DNA of 64,000 nt, from NCBI GenBank assembly GCA_963716725.1, contig CAVQUB010000012.1, positions 256,001-320,000 of the forward strand, given 5' to 3'. Both the position numbers and the translations under genes were made by a program. Each line of letters begins with the position of its first letter. The first letter of the stretch is position 1. Of this stretch, positions 57,522-64,000 are shown one piece after another. This stretch comes from an uncultured delta proteobacterium. Its GTDB lineage: Bacteria; Myxococcota_A; Polyangia; Polyangiales; Polyangiaceae. The notes beneath the pieces were generated by a model, which was not told where the DNA came from, ran no database searches, and saw only the letters and a list, made by a program, of their open reading frames with translations.

Positions 57522-58513
57522 GGCGTCACCTTCACGAAGCTGACGCTGCTCGCCGACAGCTTCATCACGTAGACGTTGCCGTCGTGTCCGCGCTTCACGC
57601 TACGAAAGACGTCTTCGACACTCTCCGAATGGGGCAAGACCAGGCGGTGTTTCTCGTGTCCGCTCGAGTCGATGATGACCAAACTCGCGCTCTCCAGGGG
57701 AGGCACCTCAGGATTGATCTGCTCTGATTCGGTGACGACGCCCAGCAACGCGCCGCCGCCCTTGCGGCTGGCGAGCAACGACCGACGCGCAACGCGCTCC
57801 CCGAAGGCGACTTCGCCGAGCACGCTTGGATCGCCCTCGGGCAACGCGATTCGGAACAACGCGACGCGCTGGGGCTCCGCGAGCTCCGCCTTGAGGGCGT
57901 TCTTGCCGTCCAACGCTTGACCGGGCACGACGCTCGCGGTGACGGCAGCGCCGTTGGCGCTCGCGACGTGAACCATGTAGTCGTCGCCGATCTCGACGTA
58001 GAATCCGTCGTCGTGCTTCGCGAGCGCGGTGATCGCCGACGGCTGGGGGATCTCGCTGCTCTCGAGCGGCAGCTCGCTCTGCACCTGTCCGCCGGCGCTG
58101 ATGAAGACGATGGCGCTCGGTGTGTGCACGTCCAAGAGCGCGTAGCCGTCGCTCCCGAACAGCTCGATGTCATCGAAGGCGCGAGGCGGGATCGCAACGC
58201 TGCCGGTGAGCTTGCCTCCCGCGAACTTCTGAATGCGCTCGTTCTCTTGATCGAGGACGTGGATGGCGCCGCTCGCGTCGACCACGAAGCTCTTGGGCCC
58301 TTCGGGCAGCCCCTCCTCGGGGATGTTCTGACCGAGTTGGCCATCCGCTTTGCCGCGGCCTGCTTCCAGCACAGGTGAAATCGACGGTGGCGCGTCGACT
58401 TCCGTGCTCGAAGGAAGCTCCTTCTTCGAACAGCTCACCACGGCAACCAGCGCGAGCACGATGCTCGCTCGTCGTGTCCCCCGGGACTCGAATCGTTGGT
58501 GGAACGGCCTCAT
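57518..58513 (-). CDS. NHL/beta-propeller-like lipoprotein
   Basis: Lipobox VVSC; PEGPKSFVVDASGAIHVLDQENERIQKF; DGNVYVM; ATGA overlap with the hydrolase gene. Confidence 0.7.
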   Translation of the reverse strand: MRPFHQRFESRGTRRASIVLALVAVVSCSKKELPSSTEVDAPPSISPVLEAGRGKADGQLGQNIPEEGLPEGPKSFVVDASGAIHVLDQENERIQKFAGGKLTGSVAIPPRAFDDIELFGSDGYALLDVHTPSAIVFISAGGQVQSELPLESSEIPQPSAITALAKHDDGFYVEIGDDYMVHVASANGAAVTASVVPGQALDGKNALKAELAEPQRVALFRIALPEGDPSVLGEVAFGERVARRSLLASRKGGGALLGVVTESEQINPEVPPLESASLVIIDSSGHEKHRLVLPHSESVEDVFRSVKRGHDGNVYVMKLSASSVSFVKVTP

Positions 58514-58659
58514 TGGTACCTCGTTTCGGGACCGTCGGCACAACGGCCCCTACATCGATCTACCATCGCTCACAGACAACCACCTAGGTCTACAATTTTC
58601 TCGTGGTGACGGATCGATGCTGGGCTCGCGTCGAGCGAGCTATCCTCGTCGGTTGGCAG

Positions 58660-59718
58660 ATGACGGCGACACCCACGCGACCACCACGCTCCGGGGGCGG
58701 AGCCAGCATCGTGCTTGCGTGCGTGGTGGCGGTGACCGGTGCGGCGGCGATTCAGCTGCTGTGGGTGTTGCAGGTCCCGCTCACGCCCTTGGTATTCGCT
58801 GTGCCGGTCGCGTTGGGCGCCGCCTTTGGCGTGTTGATCGTGAGGATCCGCCGTGCGGTCCAGCGAGAGCGGCAACTTGCAGCCTTGCTCGCCGATCGCG
58901 AGGCGGCCCTCGCCGAGCTCAACCGTGAGCTGGAGGCCAAGGTCCTCCAGCGCACCCGAGACCTCGAGCAAGCCCACACTCAGCTCGTCCACGCGCAGAA
59001 GCTGGAGTGCCTAGGGAGCGTCGCCGGCAGCGTCGCTCACGACTTCAACAACATGCTGACGATCATGGTCGGATGCACGGCGGAGCTCGAGCTGCGTGTT
59101 GCAGGAGAACCCACCGCAGAGTCCACGCTCGCCGAGCTGAGTGGCGCGTGCGATCGCGCTCGGCAGATCACTCGTCAGCTCTTGCTCTTCAGTCGCAGAG
59201 AGCAAGCGCAGACGACCGTGGTGAAGCTGAGCGCGATGCTCGAAGCTCTACACCCGATGCTGACCCGGCTGGCGGGACCGGAGTTGGACGTGCGGGTGGT
59301 GACGGAGACCGACCAGGCCGTGGTTTGCGATCAGAGCCAGCTCGAACAAGTGGTCGTCAATCTCGTGGTCAACGCCCGCGACGTTGGCGCTCGGAATGTC
59401 GAGCTGACGGTGGGCCAGTGCGGCGCGTCCGAGTCGGAGGGCCCCATGGCGCGACTGTCAGTCCGCGACGATGGGCCGGGAATGAGTCCGGAGATCTTGC
59501 GCCGAGCCCGCGAGCCCTTCTTCACGACCAAGGCGCCCGGCAAGGGCACGGGCTTGGGGCTGTCGGTGGCGGACGGCGTCTTGCGCGCATTTGGCGGCAA
59601 CTTGGAACTCGCGAGCACCCTTGGCGCTGGCACTACGGTGATCTTGCGCATGCCCGCGGTTGCGGGTGGTGCCGAGGTCGCCGTTTCGCCGCGAAGTCAG
59701 CGGCGCGCGACGATGTAG
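58660..59718 (+). CDS. Membrane-bound sensor histidine kinase (no receiver domain)
   Basis: Two TMs, VAHDFNNMLT H-box, NLVVNARD, DDGPGM, PFFTTK, GTGLGL. Confidence 0.92.
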   Translation: MTATPTRPPRSGGGASIVLACVVAVTGAAAIQLLWVLQVPLTPLVFAVPVALGAAFGVLIVRIRRAVQRERQLAALLADREAALAELNRELEAKVLQRTRDLEQAHTQLVHAQKLECLGSVAGSVAHDFNNMLTIMVGCTAELELRVAGEPTAESTLAELSGACDRARQITRQLLLFSRREQAQTTVVKLSAMLEALHPMLTRLAGPELDVRVVTETDQAVVCDQSQLEQVVVNLVVNARDVGARNVELTVGQCGASESEGPMARLSVRDDGPGMSPEILRRAREPFFTTKAPGKGTGLGLSVADGVLRAFGGNLELASTLGAGTTVILRMPAVAGGAEVAVSPRSQRRATM

Positions 59719-60518
59719 GCCAGCCAACCGGGCTGGTTCTTCGCGCGCAGGCGCGGGCGGAAGAGCTCGTCGTCGTCTTCGCCCTTCGAGCAGTCCCAGT
59801 ACACGTTCACATCGGAGAAGCCCGCCTCGGACAGCAGCTCTTGCAGCTCCGGCAGCGTCCAGAAGCGCCAGTGATAGCTGAACGCCTTCTGCAGCTTGGA
59901 GCCGTTCTTGAACTCGAAGTGGATGTAGTTCACGACCTCGTGAGTGATCGGATCGAACTGGTTCTGATCCCACACGTAGGTGAACCCGCCCTTGATACGG
60001 CGCCGCTCCTCCATTGGTTGCTGGGATTCCCAGCCGCCGTAGGCGTCGAGCACGAAGAACGAGTCCTTGCCGAGCAACCTGCGCACGTGGGCGAAGTAGG
60101 CACGGATCTCGTCGCGGGTGCGGAACACCCAGTAGCTGAAGTTGAAGGCGCAGATGACGTCGAACTTGCTCCGCACTGGATCGCGGACGTCCTGTCGCAG
60201 AAGGTCGACGCGATCGCTGGCGTCGCCCAGAGGAGCCACGTTGTGGCGCTTGCCCCAAGCCAGCACCTTGGAGTCGATGTCGACACCGGTGGCGGTCCGG
60301 CTCTCGTCTCTGTTCACCCACTCCGAGCAGATCAGCGCCGAGCCGCAGAAGTCCTCGAGGAGGGTGGTGGGACGTCGGCGATAAATCGAGCGGTAGACGT
60401 GGTCGATGAAGTCGACCTCGACCTTCGCGTCCTGCACGCTGAGCTGATAGAGCACGTGCTTGTCCGCGTTCTTGGCGGTGATCGCGGGCTTCTTCTTGCT
60501 TCGGGTCTTTTTTGCCAC
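59697..60518 (-). CDS. Class I SAM-dependent methyltransferase
   Basis: DKHVLYQLSVQ, EDFCGS, GVDID, AFNFSY, FSYHWRFWTLPE; GTG start at 60518. Confidence 0.85.
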   Translation of the reverse strand: MAKKTRSKKKPAITAKNADKHVLYQLSVQDAKVEVDFIDHVYRSIYRRRPTTLLEDFCGSALICSEWVNRDESRTATGVDIDSKVLAWGKRHNVAPLGDASDRVDLLRQDVRDPVRSKFDVICAFNFSYWVFRTRDEIRAYFAHVRRLLGKDSFFVLDAYGGWESQQPMEERRRIKGGFTYVWDQNQFDPITHEVVNYIHFEFKNGSKLQKAFSYHWRFWTLPELQELLSEAGFSDVNVYWDCSKGEDDDELFRPRLRAKNQPGWLAYIVARR

Positions 60519-60641
60519 GTTGGTTTCACTCGGTGTGAAGGCGCGGGCTTCGTACAGCCAGTGCCGTGCCGACGCAAACATCTTCTCGGGCCACGCGGCG
60601 CTCGGCTCGACGCCCTGCGCCGTCGGCTGCCTCGTCGGCGA

Positions 60642-62585
60642 CTACTTGTCCATCACGACGATGCCGAATTCAGGATCGTCGTAGAGCTTGTCGAAGGTTG
60701 CGGCGAACTTCTTCTCGACGTTCTTCCGCTTGACCTTGAGCGTCGGGGTGATCTCGTCCTCGTCGATGGAGAACTCTCGGTCGAGTAGGTACACACGCTT
60801 GACCTGCTCCACGCGCGAGAGCCTCTGATTGCCTTGATGCACCGCCTCGGCGATCCGCTGGCGCAGCTCGGGGTGTGCGGTGACCTTCGCCATCAGCGCT
60901 TCGAGCCCGTCGGGACGAGCCAGCGGGTTTTCCATCAACGCCCGCTTCATGCGCGTCGCCTCGGCTTCGTCGGGGCCAATGCCCTTTTGCACGGCCCAAT
61001 CGATGGACTCGATGGGGCTCACCGAGACGATGGCGGTCACGTAGGCCCGGGTATCGCCGTGGGCGTGCACGTGGCTGATGAGCGGGTCGTGGTGCTTGAT
61101 CTCGTTCTCGATGTTGGCCGGGGTCAGGTTCTTGCCGCCGGCGGTGATGATGATGTGCTTCTTGCGATCGACGATGTAGAGGAACCCGTCGGCGTCCCGC
61201 TTGCCGACGTCGCCGGTGTGCAGCCAGCCGTCGGCGTCGATGGTCTCGGCGGTGGCCTCCGGGGCCTTGTAGTAGCCCTGGAACACCGTCTTGCCGCGGA
61301 TCAAGATCTCGCCGTCCTCGGCTAGCTTGTCTTCGACGAAGCTCAGAGGTTTGCCCACCGAGCCCAGGCGGATGGCGCCCGGGCGATTGGCGTGCGTCAC
61401 CACCGTCGCTTCGGTCATGCCGTAGACCTCGAAAATGGGGAAGCCCGCGGCCCAGAAGAACTCGATGATCTTGCGCGGGATGGGCGCGGCGCCAGTGACG
61501 AAGTAGCGGACCCTCCCGCCGAACACCGCTCGCAGCTTGGAGAACACGAGCTTGTCGGCCAGGGCGTGCTTCAGCTTGAGCCCCAGTGGGATGGGCTTGC
61601 CGGCCTGCCACAAGCCCACCACCTCGTGCCCCACGCTCTCTGCCCAGCGGAAGGCCTTCTGCTTGCCGGGCGGCGCTTTCTGCACCTCGGCCTGGATGCG
61701 TGCGTAGGCCTTCTCGAAGATGCGCGGCACGCTGCCGAAGATCGTGGGCTGGACCTCCTTCACCTCCTCGAGCACGGCCGGAACGCTGGTGGCGAACGCG
61801 GTGGCGGTGCCGAAGTTGATCCGTCCGTAGAAGGCGAGCACTCGCTCGGCGACGTGGGCCATGGGCAAGAAGCTGAGCCCGCAATCGTTCTCGTCGAACT
61901 CGATGACCGTGGCGCTGCTCAGCAGCGTGAGGATGTTTTCGTGGGAGATCATCGCGCCCTTTGGCGGTCCCGTGGTCCCGCTGGTGTAGACGATGATCGC
62001 CGTGGCCTGAGAGTCCACCTTGGCGACCTGCTCGTCGAGACGCCCTCGGTCGGGCTTTGCCTGTAAGGCGGCGGAGAAGGGCTCCACCCAGGTTTCGCGT
62101 TTCAGGACCTGCTCGAGCCCGCGGGACTCCCAAATCAAAGCGCGCTCGAGCTTGGGCAGCTGCGCCTTGTGCTCGATCAGCTTCGCGAGCTGTTCTTCGT
62201 CTTCGACGATCACGAAGCGCGAGTCCGAGTGCTCGACGATGTAGGCGAGCTGCTCCGATGTCAGCGTCGGATAGGCGCCTACGGTGACTGCGCCCGCCAG
62301 CAGCCCGCCAATGTCGGCGATGCACCACTCGGGGCGCGTGCTGCCGACGATGGTGATCTTGTCTCCGGGCCTGAGCCCCGCATCCATCAGCCAGCACGCC
62401 AGCGAGGCGGCGGCTTCGTAGAAGTCGCGCCAGGTGGACTCGACCCACTTCCCGTCGAGCTTGCGCTTGTACGCCATGGCGTGCGGCGAGCGATCGACGC
62501 GACCGAGAAACAGCTCCGGCAGCGTCTTGCAGCTCGGGGTCACTGGCCTCGAGGGATGAACGGGAGGGCGAACGCGGTCGAGCAT
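60642..62585 (-). CDS. Long-chain-fatty-acid--CoA ligase
   Basis: YTSGTTGPPKG, FLPMAHVAER, YGMTE, GWLHTGD, DRKK, TPTLKVKR. Confidence 0.95.
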   Translation of the reverse strand: MLDRVRPPVHPSRPVTPSCKTLPELFLGRVDRSPHAMAYKRKLDGKWVESTWRDFYEAAASLACWLMDAGLRPGDKITIVGSTRPEWCIADIGGLLAGAVTVGAYPTLTSEQLAYIVEHSDSRFVIVEDEEQLAKLIEHKAQLPKLERALIWESRGLEQVLKRETWVEPFSAALQAKPDRGRLDEQVAKVDSQATAIIVYTSGTTGPPKGAMISHENILTLLSSATVIEFDENDCGLSFLPMAHVAERVLAFYGRINFGTATAFATSVPAVLEEVKEVQPTIFGSVPRIFEKAYARIQAEVQKAPPGKQKAFRWAESVGHEVVGLWQAGKPIPLGLKLKHALADKLVFSKLRAVFGGRVRYFVTGAAPIPRKIIEFFWAAGFPIFEVYGMTEATVVTHANRPGAIRLGSVGKPLSFVEDKLAEDGEILIRGKTVFQGYYKAPEATAETIDADGWLHTGDVGKRDADGFLYIVDRKKHIIITAGGKNLTPANIENEIKHHDPLISHVHAHGDTRAYVTAIVSVSPIESIDWAVQKGIGPDEAEATRMKRALMENPLARPDGLEALMAKVTAHPELRQRIAEAVHQGNQRLSRVEQVKRVYLLDREFSIDEDEITPTLKVKRKNVEKKFAATFDKLYDDPEFGIVVMDK

Positions 62586-62594
62586 GGGGGGAGC

Positions 62595-63830
62595 CTAGTG
62601 CGTCTTCGATCCAGAAGGAGCAGCGAGATTGCAGCGGATCCGCGCCGCCCAGGTGCGATGGTCGGCCGTGAAGGCCAACAAGATGCCTTCGCCGGCCGCA
62701 GACAGGGAGGCGTTGGCAAAGGCCTTCGAGCGCGCGATCACCCTCGAAGGCCCGAGTCCCCCGGCCCCGATGGCTGCGAGGTGGAGCTCTTGGGTCGATC
62801 CAGGTTTCGCGTCGGCAGGCCTGGCGTACGCGAGCCAGCTCTCGCCACAGGCGTGCGCCGTCGTGACCGGCGCGGGGTCGAGGCCATTCGGGTACATGCG
62901 CCACGTCACAGGCGCTCCCATCATCGGGCGCTCGCCGACTTGGATGGCAGCGAGGCCGAAGCCCGTCACGTCGCGCTCGATGGCGGCAAAGCCCCAAACC
63001 TCTCCGCTCGGGCTCGGGGCGCCGACCACCTCGGTGAGGGACTGGGCCGAGCCGCCGATCCAGACCACGACGTCCGGATCGAGCGCGACCTTGCCGCCCG
63101 GATCAATCACCCGACGCGCATGCACCGGGCTCATACCGCTGCGGCCTTCCAGCGTCAGGGCCATGGTGCCGGCGGGCGTGTCGACCAGAGCGACGCTGCT
63201 GGCGGCAGCGCCCTCCGGCGAGAGTCGAAGTGTCGCGCCGCTCGTGGTCCACAGCCTCGCTGTCGCGTCGGCGTCTGCGCTGGCAGGGCGGGCAATGTAC
63301 GCGACGAGGGGCTGGCCGTTCATGAGGCCGGCGGCGACTCGGGTTCCATCCCGAGCGTCTTCGGTGAGCACTTCTTCGCGGCTGCCCGTGAGCGGCTTTC
63401 TGATCAGCCGCCCCTTGGAAATCCAGTACGCGAAGTCCCCGGCGACGGCCGGTCCGCGTGCGAAGGGCGAGAACGACCCGGCGTCGAGCGGCACGGGCTC
63501 GAGGGGGACCTTTGGCTTCTTTTGCAGCGCCACCAGCCGCACTTCGCCGTCCCGAGTGATCATCACGACACCGCGCGCGGTGGCGGTGGCAGGCCCGGCA
63601 GGCCCGATGTCGTCGAGTTCCACGTTTTCGCTAGCGCTGGCGTCTCGGGAGGCTCCCGCGTCGAGCGGCTCGTCCCTTTCGACGCTCGCTGCGCTCGGGG
63701 CGGGCCGCGGCGCGCTGGCCTGGGGTTTCGCCGTGGCGCTCTCGGCCGGCGGCACCGGCTTCGGTCGCTCGCGCTGGCAGGCGACGAGCCCGATCAAAAC
63801 CAGACTCCACCCCGCGAAGTTCGATCGCAT
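62595..63830 (-). CDS. Hypothetical lipoprotein, beta-propeller-like
   Basis: Lipobox LVAC, Pro/Ala linker, beta-rich body. Confidence 0.65.
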   Translation of the reverse strand: MRSNFAGWSLVLIGLVACQRERPKPVPPAESATAKPQASAPRPAPSAASVERDEPLDAGASRDASASENVELDDIGPAGPATATARGVVMITRDGEVRLVALQKKPKVPLEPVPLDAGSFSPFARGPAVAGDFAYWISKGRLIRKPLTGSREEVLTEDARDGTRVAAGLMNGQPLVAYIARPASADADATARLWTTSGATLRLSPEGAAASSVALVDTPAGTMALTLEGRSGMSPVHARRVIDPGGKVALDPDVVVWIGGSAQSLTEVVGAPSPSGEVWGFAAIERDVTGFGLAAIQVGERPMMGAPVTWRMYPNGLDPAPVTTAHACGESWLAYARPADAKPGSTQELHLAAIGAGGLGPSRVIARSKAFANASLSAAGEGILLAFTADHRTWAARIRCNLAAPSGSKTH

Positions 63831-64000
63831 GGCCCTGTTTGCCACACTTCGCCGTCGCGGTCAGAGCAACCAGAGCGGGGCGAGGATTCCGAGTCTTTTT
63901 CTGCGGCCTGTGCGTTTCGCTTTGCAGCCGGGCGCGCCGGCGCTATCGCCGACCCATGCTCGATGCGCGCTTGGGTTCACTCGGTCTTGTCATCGCGAGT

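Noticed and set aside
63956..64000. Possible CDS start at the right edge
   Set aside because: Only about 15 codons are visible and two ATGs lie in different frames; cannot be called
1..64000. Prophage, IS element or integrative island
   Set aside because: No integrase, transposase or phage structural genes and no att-like direct repeats seen; composition looks uniform apart from short intergenic stretches

Overview
GC-rich, gene-dense 64 kb chromosomal window, most likely from a myxobacterium (Myxococcota, Polyangiaceae-like). That assignment rests on a MYXO-CTERM-like sorting signal, a CglF/GltF-like small protein and many Cys-rich lipoproteins. About 63 CDS can be supported: fatty-acid/lipid catabolism (FadJ-type, acyl-CoA dehydrogenase, crotonase, SCP2-thiolase, acyl-CoA ligases), pgi, tRNA/rRNA modification (miaE, gluQ, RlmD-like), transporters, two ECF sigma factors and many secreted hypothetical proteins. 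I found no rRNA, tRNA, CRISPR array, integrase or transposase. Best leads: (1) a lipoprotein that matches the eukaryotic secretory kinase Fam20C along its catalytic domain, head-to-head with a secreted polysaccharide deacetylase; (2) an 837-aa XRE-like HTH + P-loop + helical protein behind a low-GC leader with competing hairpins; (3) a coupled beta-propeller lipoprotein / NlpC/P60 hydrolase pair that resembles an immunity-effector module; (4) a Nir2/RdgB-like LNS2 lipoprotein that keeps the DxDGT catalytic motif; (5) a membrane-tethered ECF sigma, plus a second ECF whose anti-sigma gene is frameshifted or reached by readthrough; (6) a trypsin-like protease with three ~155-170-aa repeats that I do not recognise. 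All family assignments come from reading motifs by eye; no database search was run.
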